Source: Eledone cirrhosa (lineage: Eukaryota). Taken from it: a DNA stretch of 64,000 nt. The first letter of the stretch is position 1. Each line of letters begins with the position of its first letter. Below the pieces are notes generated by a model. It was not told the origin of the DNA and searched no databases. It saw nothing but the letters and a program-made list of their open reading frames with translations. Position numbers and translations under genes: made by a program. The stretch covers positions 11,966,001-12,030,000 of the forward strand of contig OZ024754.1 in the NCBI GenBank assembly GCA_964016885.1, in the 5' to 3' direction. This document shows, piece by piece, positions 1 through 27,449 of this stretch.

Positions 1-120
1 CACCAGGTTCTTCGTAGTGGGACTGAACCTGAAACCACTTAGATATCAAACGAACTCCTTTACCACACATCCATGCCTGTACCTATGATATTTAGTGAAT
101 ATATAAGTATTGTCTCTTAC

Positions 121-13455
<13,335 letters not shown>

Positions 13456-14471
13456 GAAACAAGGTTACAGCTTTTCTTTCTGATAATGATTTATAGTTAG
13501 CACATAAGAAAGAAAATAAACAACGAAAATCTGGTTTGGCGATAAGCAAGATGTTTCGACTTTCTTGATTCGTGTAAATGCAGTGCTGGACTTACCTATA
13601 AGCTAAATACGTTAATATAAAAACTAATAATAATCATGTGTAATTATGAAAACATTTTTAACCCGAAGCTTCTTTTAGAAAAAAGCCCCAAATATCATAT
13701 AGTTTAGGGCCTTAGGAAGTGAAAGTCTGGCCCTGTGTAAATATATTTAATGATTTTAGTAAAGATATTTTGACCTTTCTGATACGTATATACCATAATT
13801 ATTTCTACTTTTGGCACAAGGCCAGCAATTACCCAGTGCATTACTGGTACTTTATTTCATCGACACTGTAATGTAAGGACGAAAGGCAAAGTTAACCTCG
13901 GCGGGATTTGAACTCAGAATGGCAAGGGCCGTAACTCTATGCGTCAAAGCATGGCGTCCGACCCTCTACCGATACTGCCAATCCACAATGATTTCTAGTA
14001 TAGGCACAAGGCCAGTAATTAGGGGGAAAGGGAAAATCGATTAAATCGACCCAGTGCGTGACTGGTGCTTTATTCTATCGACCCCGTAAGGATGAAAGTC
14101 AAAGTTAACCTCGGCGGGATTTGAACTCAGACCGTAAAGGACCGTAACTCTATGCTGCAAAGCATGGCGTCCGACGCTCTACCGATTCTGTCAATCCACC
14201 GCCCTACTCCGACTCTCTACCGATACTGCCAATCCACCGCCCTATACTTATATATCATAATTGTTTCTACTTTTGGCACAAGGCCAGCAATTATACCAGT
14301 ACATTACTGGTACTTTATTTTATCGACCCCGTAATCATAATGCCTCAGAAAAACGCTAGAATGTGACAAAATCTAAAATTATTTCGTTGATATCAGATGT
14401 CAATACACTCTAACTGTTATCTCGTTCTGTCTGTTTATTTAACTCTTTTTATCTGTGTATTAGTACACACA

Positions 14472-14524
<53 letters not shown>

Positions 14525-14577
14525 ATTCGCAGAGACACTGACACACACGCTGACACACACACACACACACACACACT

Positions 14578-14662
<85 letters not shown>

Positions 14663-15325
14663 CAATGATTACAAAATAATTTTGAAAATAACCACACATT
14701 AACCTTCTAAAATAAAACTATCATGCAACGTTTTTAAAATAAACGTAAACATTAGAAGTGCTTTCGGTTGCTTTGCTATCAGTAAAGTCAACTATTGTAA
14801 GACTGACTTTATATATATATTCTGGTAATATATATATATATGTTATTTTCTCATATTATATATCTATGTCTCATTCATGAATATTGATATTTGCATTTTT
14901 ATTATTCATTTCATATGAATTGTTAATTCAACTTAATATGACATGACGTAAAGTTGTCACTGTATCCTCTTCTCTCTATATAGTACTTCCTCTCTCTTGA
15001 GTTTCTCTATCTGTATGATGAATTATTATCTCTCTGTTGCTTTCTTTTGCCTTTCTTCTTTCTTTCTTTTTTCTTTTTCATTTCCTCCTATCTATTTATA
15101 TATATCTTCCTTTTTTCTCTCTCTCCTTCTTTTTCTCTCTTCTTCTCTCTCTCCGTTTTTTCTTTCTCTCCGTTTTTTTCTTTCTCTCCGTCTTTTTTCT
15201 AACTGTGCTTAACACTATAACTAATAAAATAATTATAAACATCTCACTATCTAGACAGCTTCCGAAAATAATGGTCGCTTCTAATAGGGTACGTCAAAAT
15301 TATTTATAAAACTGTTTATATATTG

Positions 15326-15390
15326 TATTTTATCTGACGAAGGCATGCCATATTTTAATTTGGTATCCCTGAAAAATGTATAATGAAATA
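15326..15390 (+). ncRNA. Type I hammerhead motif, same family as 3471-3536 (element about 15288-15523)
   Basis: TATTTTAT-CTGACGA-AGG..CCA...TGG..CCCT-GAAA-AATGTA-TA/ATGAAATA. Confidence 0.6.
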
Positions 15391-15518
15391 AATATGGTTT
15401 TATAAATATAGTTTTCATTTATTTAATATCGTATATCTACTCCAAAAACTTGTCGAGTGCTTTATATCAGTTATAAAATATTTACTTGTTGTATCCCAAC
15501 AATTTTAAATAAAACTTT

Positions 15519-15591
<73 letters not shown>

Positions 15592-15877
15592 CTGTTTTAA
15601 CGACGTCACAACTTTCTCCGGCTTAGCTTGTTCTCCCCTTTTTGGAACTTTCCCCCGTTGATGGGCGTGAGCCCGAAATATTGGGATTAAATCTCCACTA
15701 CGGTAACCCTTCTACCTTTGTTTTGTTTTCATCTTTGTCTCTCTCAATTTTCACCTTCTCCTATTTCTCCTATCTATCATTCACTTCCTACCTCGAGATT
15801 TCCCATCTGCATTGTTGTGGCTTTCTAAACTACGTATTTTACACATTTCACAATGCTTCAAGCAAACTTTAACACCC

Positions 15878-15935
<58 letters not shown>

Positions 15936-16191
15936 GGTGTTTAAAAAAAAATAGATATCACTCGAGATCCCAGAAACTACGAAGTGTAAGTCAACGAGAC
16001 TGAGCAGGATTAGTGTTGAGCAAGATAAGATTTATTCCTAAAACATTATCAACATTTCAACATTAATTCCTAATATATAGTGGTAGTTTGTGGGACATTT
16101 ACATCTCAAATAATATCATGTATATTTGTTGGCACTACTTGCTGAACGGAAATACTTAACATATTTCTACAGAAATACTTAACACACAAAC

Positions 16192-16414
<223 letters not shown>

Positions 16415-16444
16415 GACACACGCGCACCCCACCCCCCACACACA

Positions 16445-16481
<37 letters not shown>

Positions 16482-16552
16482 CGAAGGAGGTGTGGTAAGG
16501 AACCAGATGGACCATAAGGCACCAGAATACTCAATACTTAGAGTACTCAATA

Positions 16553-16599
<47 letters not shown>

Positions 16600-16665
16600 G
16601 TTATTCCGGGTTGAATCGGAGGTAACCACAGTAAGTAAGGTACTCAATACATTGCAGAGTATAAA

Positions 16666-16793
16666 AGTTTTAATATAGATGAGATTCTACAGGACTAGAA
16701 CTGTTTCATTCTTTAGAAATCATCAGGAATCCCTGATGATTTCTAAAGAATGAAACAGTTCTAGTCCTGTAGAATCTCATCTATATTAAAACT
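16666..16793. repeat. Perfect 62-bp-arm palindrome carrying a hammerhead core on each strand
   Basis: Arms 16666-16727 and 16732-16793 with 4-nt loop AATC; CTGATGA-TTTCTAAAGAAT-GAAAC-AGTT reads outward from the centre on both strands. A second copy lies at 18778-18870. Confidence 0.85.
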
Positions 16794-16894
16794 ATATATA
16801 TATATACATTTCGTATCGGAAAAATACTTTCGGTTACGAATATTTCCGGATAACCGGAAAGTATTTTTCCGATACGAAATTTATATATATATAT

Positions 16895-16936
<42 letters not shown>

Positions 16937-17586
16937 TGTATGATATATTATCTATAAATATAAATATATATATATATATATTTACGTATATATGGCATAG
17001 GTTAAGTTTAACGTCCTCGAAAATGAAACTAGGTTTTCTGACAAATGAATGTGTTTTTTTTTTTTTTTTACAATGAAATTTACGATACACTGTTTGTTTA
17101 TTTACAACAGGTCTCTATAGTGATATGGTGTTAATTAGTATTGCGTGTGTGATTATTTTCTCTTATATATATATATATGTGTGGGTGTGTATATGTGTGT
17201 CTGTATGTATATATATATGTGTGTTTGTATATATATATGTGTTTGTGTCATCATCATCGTTTAGATGTTTTTGTAATATCTTGCCAAAGTTGGCACCAAC
17301 TATAAACAAATTAAGGCCGGGTCATAAGAAGGACAGAGAATGATAAGGGATTTGGGTAAAAACATGTAAACGATGATGATGACACAAACACATATATATA
17401 TACAAACACACATATATATATACATACAGACACACATATATATACACACATATACACACCCACACATATATATATATAAGAGAAAATAATCACACACGCA
17501 ATACTAATTAACACCATATCACTATAGAGACCTGTTGTAAATAAACAAAGAGTGTATCGTAAATTTCATTGTAAAAAAAACAAAAC

Positions 17587-18262
17587 CTCCTGGAAACTGT
17601 TCAGAGACGTGCAACCAAGCGCATACCCTCCATCAGACACCTACCATACTCTGAACGCCTTGCTTCCCTGGGCATGGATTCATTGAAGCTCCGACGTCTG
17701 GCAATGGACTTGGTGAATACCCACAAAGTTTTTAACCATCTCGCCAACTGCAACCCTGAGCGCCTCTTTGATCTCCATGTGTCTAACACACGTGGACATG
17801 CCTACAAGATAAGAAAACAGCACAGCTCCCATGACTTTCGCAGACATTTTTTCACGCTCAGAGTTGCTGAAGCATGGAACAAACTGCCTGCGTCAATTGT
17901 TAGCTGCCGAGACACTGCATCCTTTAAGACACTCATGCTTCCCAAAATACGCCAAAACTACACCTGATGTACCCCTTCCATACACATGCACACATGTGTG
18001 TATCATGACTCGTGCACTGTTCATTTTACTGATGTTTGTGCATTGCCCTATGTACTGTACATGCACTTTTTTGATGAGTTGTGGTGCACCTGGGCACTGT
18101 ACACAATATTTCATTATTGTTATTGTTATTATATCATGACTCATACACTGTTTATTTTCCTGACATTTGTACATTATTCTATGTACTATACATGCACCTT
18201 TGATGAGTTGTAGTGCACCTGAGCACTGTACACAATAATTTCATTATTATTATTATTATTAT
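17587..18262 (+). mobile_element. CR1-clade LINE 3' fragment
   Basis: LETVQRRATKRIP..YSERL..LGMDSLKLRR..DL...TRGH..K......FF..RV...WNKLP C-terminal signature; duplicated 3' UTR; (ATT)n tail. Confidence 0.85.
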
Positions 18263-18435
18263 TAAAACACATTCACTTGTCAGAAAACCTAGTTTCATTT
18301 TCGAGGACGTTAAAATTAACCTATGCCCGTATATATATACTTTCGGTTACGAACATTCCGGATATCCGAAATGTTCGTAACCGAAAGTATATATATACGT
18401 ATATATATATATATTTATATTTAATATCTCATACA

Positions 18436-18489
<54 letters not shown>

Positions 18490-18572
18490 ATATATATACA
18501 TTTCGTATCGGAAAAATACTTTCCGGATATCCAGAAATATTCGTAACCGAAAGTATTTTTCCCATACGAAAT

Positions 18573-18671
<99 letters not shown>

Positions 18672-19384
18672 ATTTGTATGAGATATTATCTATAAATATA
18701 AATATATATATATATACGTATATATATACTTTCGGTTAGGAACATTTCGGATATCCGGAATATTCGTAACCGAAAGTATATAGATGAGATTCTACAGGAC
18801 TAGAACTGTTTCATTCTTTAGAAATCATCAGGAATCCCTGATGATTTCTAAAGAATGAAACAGTTCTAGTGGGTCATTTACATCTCAATTAACATCATGT
18901 ATATTTGTTGGCACTACTTGCTGAACGGAAATACTTAACATATTTCTACAGAAATACTTAACACACAAACACACCCACACACACGCACGCACACCCACAC
19001 ACACACACATATATATACACACACACACACAGACAGTTCTAGTCCTCTAGAGAGAGAGAGAGAGAGAGAGATAGATAGATAGAGAGAGAGAGAGAGGAAT
19101 GTTTTTATACTTCCGCAACGCATTTAGAAGTAAAACAAAATACAACCCCGACATAAAAAAAAATAAAAAAGTCAGACAAAAATTACGGAGTGCCCATTCT
19201 CCATATCTTTGGGTGCAAAATATATATCAGTCGCCTCTCTCTCTCGGACAAGATGGCGAAAGACTTGGTGCAAATTTGACTGATGCATATTTATTGATTT
19301 AATAATTTTAATTTTCAGTAAAATAACTGAAATAAATTGTAGGATTAAAATGAAATTCCAGATATTTATCTTGAATTTGCATCA

Positions 19385-19905
19385 CCAGTCTGGAACCCCT
19401 ATCTTGCTCAGGACATTGAACGCCTGGAAACTGTTCAGAGACGTGCAACCAAGCGAATACCCTCCATCAGGCATCTACCATACTCTGAGCGCCTTGCTTC
19501 CCTGGGCATGGATTCATTGAAGCTCCGACGCCTGGCAACTGACTTGGTAAACACCCACAAAATTGTTAACCATGTTGCCAACAACAACCCTGAGTACCTT
19601 TTCGATTTCCATGTGTCTAACACACGTGGACATGCCCACAAAGTAAGAAAACAGCACAGTTCCCATGACTTTCGGAAACATTTTTTCACGCTCAGAGTTG
19701 CTGAAGCATGGAACAAACTACCTGCATCAGTTGTTAGCTGTCGAGACACTGCATCCTTTAAGGCCTCCATGCTTCCCGAGATCCGCCAACACTACAGCTA
19801 ACACATACACACATGTACTTCCCTGACATTTGTGTATTATTCTATGTACTATATTGACGAGTTGTAGTGCACCTGAGCACTTTACACAATAATTTCATTA
19901 TTATA
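19385..19905 (+). mobile_element. CR1-clade LINE 3' fragment, same family
   Basis: PVWNPYLAQDIERLETVQRRATK...WNKLP; closely similar to 17587-17967. Confidence 0.85.
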
Positions 19906-20268
19906 TTAAAATAAAATAAAATGTCAACACGGAAATGAAGTTTCAAGGGAAGTAACACTAATGTTATTAACTCTAATTCTTCTGCATGGCCTCCCTTAGA
20001 ACATGTACTCGCGCCAATGTTACACTGAAAACACCTCTAGAATGAACTCTTCAATTAAGAGTCGAGATTATATCATGGTTGCTGCACTAGGAACTTTCTA
20101 GGAAAATAAAAATAAAAAAAGCAAAGCATGACAAGTTTTAAATAGGCTGGCACGGAGATTCTCGACACACACACAGGCAAGCCCCCCCCCCACGCGCGCG
20201 CACACGGACACAAAGAAACACACACGCATGGACACAAACGCAAGCATGCACACTAACACACACAAAGA

Positions 20269-20301
<33 letters not shown>

Positions 20302-20551
20302 ATGCCCGTAAACACACACACACACGCGCGCGCACACACACACGTATGCACGTAAACACTCACACACACACGCGTATGCACGTAAACACACACACACACA
20401 TACACACACGCAGGCATGCAAACACACACACACTCATACACACACATGCACACGCGCGCGCGCACACACACGTATACGCGCGCGCACACACACACGTATT
20501 TAAACAAACACACACATATACACATATACGCACACACACACTGAAATTGCC

Positions 20552-20785
20552 AAAGAAGAAGAAAAAGAAGAAGAAGAAGAAGTAGCATAAGAAGAAGAAC
20601 GAAGAAGACGAAGAAGAAGAAGAAGAAAGGAAGGAGAAGAAGAAGCATAAGAAGAAGAAAGGAAGGAGAAGAAGAAGCATAAGAAGAAGAACGAAGAAGA
20701 AGAAGAAGGGAAGAATAAGAAGAAAGGAATAATAATAATAATAATAAGAAGAAGAAGAAAGGAAGAAGAAGAAGAAGGAGTATAA

Positions 20786-20832
<47 letters not shown>

Positions 20833-20842
20833 AGAAGAAAGG

Positions 20843-20881
<39 letters not shown>

Positions 20882-21088
20882 GAAGGAGTATAAGAAGAAG
20901 AACGAAGAAGAAGAAGAAGAAGAAGAACGAAGAAGAAGAAGAAGAAGGGAAGAAGAAGAAGAAAGGAAGAAGAAGAAGAAGAAGAAGAAGAAAGGAAGAA
21001 GAAGAAGAAAGGAAGAAGAGGAAGGAGTATAAGAAGAACGAAGAAGAAGAAGAAGAAGAAGAAGAAGAAGGGAAGATTAAGAAGAAAG

Positions 21089-21127
<39 letters not shown>

Positions 21128-21153
21128 GAAGAAGAAAGGAAGAAGAAGAAGTA

Positions 21154-21184
<31 letters not shown>

Positions 21185-21365
21185 AAGAAGAAGAAAGGAA
21201 TAATTAATAATAATAATAATAATAATAAGAAGAAGAAGGAGTATAAGAAGAAGAAGAACGAAGAAGAAGAAGAAGAAGAAAAAGAAGAAGAAAAAGAAAA
21301 AGAAGAAGAAGAAGAAAAAGAAGAAAAAGAAGAAAAAGAAGAAAAAGAAGAAGAAAAAGAAGAAG

Positions 21366-21394
<29 letters not shown>
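20552..21394. repeat. Compound (GAA)n/(TAA)n microsatellite
   Basis: Read directly. Confidence 0.95.
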
Positions 21395-21396
<2 letters not shown>

Positions 21397-21724
21397 CAAC
21401 AATGTAGGTAAGGGAGAGAGTAGCATACTCGACTGAACAACTGAGACAATGCGTTCAGAGTTCAAGCCCCACCGGAGTTGTTATTTTTTAAAGGATTAAC
21501 AAAACAAATACCAGTAATATATAATTTTTTGATTTAGGCACAAAGCCAGCAAAGGTGATTAAATCAACCCCAATACATGACTGGTACTTTATTTTATCAA
21601 ACTCGGAAGGATGAAAAGCAAAAGTGACATCGGCAGGATTTGAACTCGGAATCTAAAGTACCAGAACAAATATCTCAATGGAACTTTATCCAACATTTAC
21701 CAATTCTGTCTATTCACCGCTCTA

Positions 21725-22309
21725 CGTGGGTAGGCTGAAAAGTTAATAGTCCGACTATGAAGGAGCGATGTTAGAGCTGTGAAATCTTGTATGCATTAAT
21801 TTCGACTCTTCTCATTAATAACTACATTGTTTCTTTCCAGAAACTATGTTGAAAAATAAACCTCATTTGGTCATACCATTAGTGTATCTTGGTCAGCCTA
21901 TGAAGGAGCGATGCTAGAGCTGTGAAATCTACTGCATTAATTTCAACTCTTTTTCAAGGGCGGTGGATTGGCAGTATCGGTAGATGGTCGGACGCCATGC
22001 TTTGCAGCATAGAGTTACGGCCCTTGACGGTCTGAGTTCAAATCCCGCCGAGGTTAGCTTTGCCTTTCATTCTTACGGGGTCGATAAAACAAAGTACCAG
22101 TAATGTCGATTTAATCGACTTTCCCCTCCCCCCAAATTACTGGCCTTGTGCCTATACTAGAAATCATTAGTTTCAACTCTTCTCATTAATAACTACATTG
22201 TTTCTTTCCAGAGACTATGTTGTAAAATAAACCTCATTTGGTCATACCATGAGAGTATCTTAGTCAGTCAATGAAATTGTCAGCCTATGAACTTTTCAGT
22301 CGACCCTCG
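21725..22309. mobile_element. Mariner-type MITE with an internal duplication and a nested SINE
   Basis: TA|CGTGGGTAGGCTGAAAAGTT ... AACTTTTCAGTCGACCCTCG|TA; the SINE at about 21958-22168 is flanked by the duplicated TTTCAACTCTT. Confidence 0.7.
21958..22168 (+). mobile_element. tRNA-derived SINE, representative of about 20 copies in the window
   Basis: Box A TGGCAGTATCGG, box B GAGTTCAAATCC, core GCCTTTCATxCTTACGGGGTCGATAAAA..GTACCAG. Other copies at about 1259-1470(+), 3780-3960(-), 12885-13098(+), 13800-14332(-), 22780-23320(-), 36180-37095(-), 37170-37525(+), 38015-38195(-), 39985-40115(+), 41820-42165(-), 45530-45665(+), 46200-46662(-), 48720-48885(-), 58280-58495(+). Confidence 0.85.
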
Positions 22310-22775
22310 TATTATACTAATAATATTTAAGCTTGATTCAATCTATTATATCCACCCAAACACCCACACCAGTTAAATACATTAATCTTAAATGTATGGA
22401 AAAAGTTTGATATATTTAGGCAGGACCTCTCTAGCTTAGTTGTGCTGAAACACGGGGAAAAATGAGAAAAGATCAATAATAGACCATGTGTAGGCGAATA
22501 GTTTTATCGATAATTCGTGTTAGGAAAACCTATAATTTCCCTCTGTTTAGATATATGACCTAACATTCATCGTTCTGAAACTGACATTGACTTTTAGTTC
22601 GATGCTTTGTTTTATAGAATTACGTACAACTTATGTTGGAGAAGAACGTTTGCAGACGTACCAGACGAACCAGACGTACCAGACGAACCAGACGTAGCAG
22701 ACGAGAGCAAAGGTGAACAGTGGACAAATGTTTCATTCGTAATGTTGACGTGAGATGGAAATATTATGTGTAATA

Positions 22776-23040
22776 TGTGTAATATTTGTTTCTACTTTAG
22801 GCACAAGGCCAGCAATTACTCCAGTGCATTACTGGTACTTTATTTTATCGACCCCGTAAAGATTATATGTAATAATTGTTTCTACTTTAGGCACAAGGCC
22901 AGCAATTACTCCAGTGCATTACTGGTACTTTATTTTATCGACCCCGTAAAGATTATATGTAATAATTGTTTCTACTTTAGGCACAAGGCCAGCAAATACC
23001 CCAGTGCATTATTGGTACTGTATTTATCGACTCCATAAGG
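22776..23040 (-). repeat. Triplicated 90-bp SINE 3' segment
   Basis: TGTTTCTACTTTAGGCACAAGGCCAGC...TCGACCCCGTAAAGATTA repeated three times, then the rest of the SINE. Confidence 0.85.
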
Positions 23041-23925
23041 ATGAAAGAAAAAGTTAACCTCGGCGGGATTTGAACACAGAACGTAAAGGGCTATAACTCT
23101 ATACTGCAAAGCATGGTGTCTGACGATCTACCGATACGGCCAATCCACCGCTCCTGATCTTGTCCCTAAATCAGAAGGCATTATGCGTAGTAATGGTTTC
23201 TGATTAAGGCAGAAGGCCAATCATTTTAGGGGCTGGGGAAAGTCGATGAAATCAGCCCCAGTGCATTACTGGTATTTTATTTTATCGACCCTCGTAAGGA
23301 TGAAAGGCAAAGCTAACCTATATATATATATATGGTGGCTGCCAACTCGTTTTCGAGTACGGCCACTACTTTATATGTAGGAGAACCCCTACCGATGCGC
23401 TGAACGAGTGTGAATTTTTAGTCCAGCCAGCGACTTGAAAACTCTACACTTGTGACAATTATTGACACATAGTGCTGGGCCCATGGTACCATGTGACGAC
23501 AAGTGCAGCGAGATCTCCAGATATAAAGCAATGCCTGTGCTGTGAAGCTTTTATAGTGAGCAAAGGCACTGCACAAAGCCAGTTTCACTCTCTTAACCAA
23601 GATGATATTTACCAAAAAGAAGAACAAGTCAACATCATTGGATACCATCAGGGTTGCAGGTGTTATATCAGAGTTTTCCTTCTCCTAGAATTCTGCCTTG
23701 ACAAAGGCTAAGGGGTCATCTCTCCCGGTGATTTTGGATGGCCATTGACTCTTAAGAGCTCCTTTGCCCTTTGACAGGTTTTGTTTTTAGTCCTGCAGGA
23801 TGTCCAAAGTCACCCTCCTCACCAAGAAACCTTGGTGGGGTTGCCAGTTTAGTCGCCAACGACTCGACCATGAGACAGGTTGTACTGGGATACATGTTAC
23901 CAGTAGCACCAACTGGTGACCTGAC

Positions 23926-23963
<38 letters not shown>

Positions 23964-23970
<7 letters not shown>

Positions 23971-24691
23971 AACAATACAATATAATTACCTCATTACCAG
24001 AGGTTTCCCGAATAAGACAAATACGAAAAACGTCCTCATTCGTTCATCGGACAAGGCAATTAAAAACATTGTGAAATATTTGAAAAATATCCTCAAGAAA
24101 GGCAAAAAAAAAAAAAATATAAATAAAAGTAATGCAAGAGATATATAAAAAAAAAAAGGAAATATAGTTAGGGTATGTGTATATGTATGTATATTCACTC
24201 ACAAATGTACATATGTGTGTATGTACAAATGCATGTGTATAGTGAAAATGTGTGCGTAAGTACATATATGAGGGCAAGTATATTTGTGTATGTTTGACCA
24301 CAAATATGTATATAATATGATATATTATATACATATTTGTGGTCAAACATACACAAATATACTTGCCCTCATATATGTATGTACTTACGCACACATTTTC
24401 ACTATACACATGCATTTGTACATACACACATATGTACATTTGTGAGTGAATATACATACATATACACATACCCTAACTATATTTCCTTATTTTTTTATAT
24501 ATCTCTTGCATTACTTTTATTTATATATATTTTTTTGCTCGTTAAACTCTTGCCTTTCTTGAGGAGATTTTTCAAATATTTCACAATGTTTTTAATTGCG
24601 TTGTCCGATGAACGAATGAGGACGTTTTTCGTATTCGTCTTATTCGGGAAACCTCTGGTAATGAGGTAATTATATTGTATTGTTTATTATA
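23964..24691. repeat. Near-perfect palindrome of about 730 bp (PLE-type inverted insertion) with a hammerhead motif in each arm
   Basis: Left arm 23964-24315 is the reverse complement of 24325-24691 (ORFs 23986..24198- and 24337..24669+ end in the same peptide); the element runs on to about 24773 and sits between (TA)n tracts. Confidence 0.9.
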
Positions 24692-24770
24692 CATTAAATT
24701 TAGCTCTGGTACTTACATAGAGCACTCTTCACTCCTATGACTTTTTCAATTTTCAACGGAAACTTCAATA

Positions 24771-24883
<113 letters not shown>

Positions 24884-25074
24884 ATATATATATATATATA
24901 ATAAAGAAAGACAAACACATATATATACATATATGCGCTCAAATCACAAGGGACGTTAAACCGCCACGGTGAAGAAAATACTATCTACGAATAATACGGT
25001 TTGCTAGAATCAAAAGGATAAATTAAGAATTACAAAGCAAAATTATGATAACTATCACACCCAGACAGCTTTTG

Positions 25075-25135
25075 GTTGAACTGTTTCGCAAATAAATGGA
25101 ATGAGTTACAAATCCGATTGCTCTTCAGTAGATAT
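25075..25135 (-). ncRNA. Hammerhead-like motif in a short element between (TA)n tracts
   Basis: Minus strand CTGAAGA-GCAA...TTGC-GAAAC-A-GTT; stem I is poorly paired. Confidence 0.45.
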
Positions 25136-25635
25136 ACAGATAAGTAATCTCTTCACTCCTATATTTCTCTTTCTTTATCATATATTATAATATAAGGCAC
25201 GGAAATGTTTTTCTTTGAGCTTATTAATTATAAGGGACTATTGTGAGTTTTTAACTCAATATATACTTTTGATATATATATATATATATTTACCTAAGCA
25301 CTGCCCATCACCTACTGAGCTAGGCTCATCCTGCTAAACCATCCCTTTAGCTGGGATATATTAAAACATTTTTTTAGGATAATTTACTGCATAACACCGT
25401 GCAGTTGCCTCCCCTAGTGGATCATGCCTCTTTCACCGGCGCCATTATTATTATTTTTTCGCTTACCATGCAAGGAGACGTTAACCTGAAGGAATGATTC
25501 TCAACGGTATTTATACTTATTGATGACATTATATAATCAAATATTTCTGTGAGGAGTTCGTATGGGCGAAACATGTGTAAGATTTATATAAAGAACTTGT
25601 TTTAACGGCTTGTAACTCCTTCAATCCTCCATTTG

Positions 25636-25692
<57 letters not shown>

Positions 25693-27046
25693 GTTAAACA
25701 AGAATCAATGAATACATCAAAGAATGAGTTTTACAATAGATTGGAAGCACTCTACAGTAATATATTTTCCAGAGTTATTAACATTAATTCCAAATATTAA
25801 CAAAATAGATATTCTTGTGATCATTTATATTTTATTATACATATTTCAGAGGTACTGAATTAAGTTCAACAGTACGTCCTCATCAGATGAAATAAAATGA
25901 TAAATGACATACCCTGACATGGTAGATGGTTGAGATTTAATCAAGGTAGTGATTAACTTATGACAAAACTCAATATTTATACCCTAATATTGAGAACATG
26001 AGAAAACGTAATACAATCAATAGAGAGAGTGTGAGTAATATATTTTAAGAAATACATGGCATCAATATAACAGTTATAGAATTTTTAATATTTAAAAAAT
26101 TACTAGAGAAATAGGAGGGAGAGGAAAGCATAGAGGAAGAAGTAGCAGATGTTATAACTTATTTAGTATTTAGCTTGAGAAGACAGATGTAAGATGATTA
26201 AAGAGAGAGAGACAAAGGGGAGTAATTTGTGCTCAAGTTTCTACACACACAGAGATTCATACATAGCATAGTTGGCGGTTAATTTTCTAAATATTTAATT
26301 TATGTTATTTCAGGGTAAAGAATCAAATTTTAGGTTTTAAAAGTTAATGGGTATTTGTATTAGTATTATAATATAATTATGTTAAATTTCTAAAATTCAA
26401 ATTTTATGAAGACAAATTTAAAGGATTTACGAAACCCGCGAAAGAAAGAAAATATACATATAATGTTCGATATCCCCACGAAGGTAATTTTTACCAAAAT
26501 TACTTATAATATTGACAACAGTTTCTATAATATAATTTATGAGATATTTATAGTTCTAACTATTAAAGAATTTATTGTTAAATATTTTGAGTGCCTAAAG
26601 TATCAACAGGTCTTATAATTAAACTTAAAGAAGTCAAAATTTTCAGCTATATATATGTATTGATCATAATATACCAAGATTATAGTTTATTATTTATTCA
26701 TATATTGTATTAAGTAAATGATTATATAAGTTCGACCTTCCAGGGAAAACCACACACTTATAATAATGTCATTTGAGTGTTTAAATTATTTATAAATGTA
26801 ACTACGATTATGTTATTACACTAGATAAAGATATTTGTACAAACTATATATAGATATACTAGGTATTAATGAAACGGTATACATTTAATAAAGAATAACA
26901 ATTATAATCATTGTTAATAGTTTTACCTCCAGTTCAGTGGAGGAATAGACCAATATTTGTCAGCTAATATGGTTTGTTAAATATACATAAAAAAGCAAAG
27001 TGCAAATCCAACTTTCTGAGTCCCCCCAAACCATCTCAAAATGAGT

Positions 27047-27158
<112 letters not shown>

Positions 27159-27449
27159 GCAAACGCATGAATGATCCTCAGTTCAAATTATAATCAGTAA
27201 ATTTACAAGTTAGATATCTAAACTATATAAAGAAAAATAAAGATCTGAATCAAAGTTAAAAATATCCAAAAAATCATAGGGTATGGATATCCATCAAGTA
27301 AACAAGTTATCAAACAAGTGTCATTAATTCAAACATTAATTCCATTATAAATGATTAGAAGATAAAGCATTATTAAAGTTTTATAAACCGTTATGACTTA
27401 TAATATTTTCAACAGTTGATGATAGACGTCGAAAATCAGGCTTGATTGC

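Noticed and set aside
21958-22040. tRNA gene
   Set aside because: Boxes A and B belong to a dispersed SINE with a conserved body; no cloverleaf.
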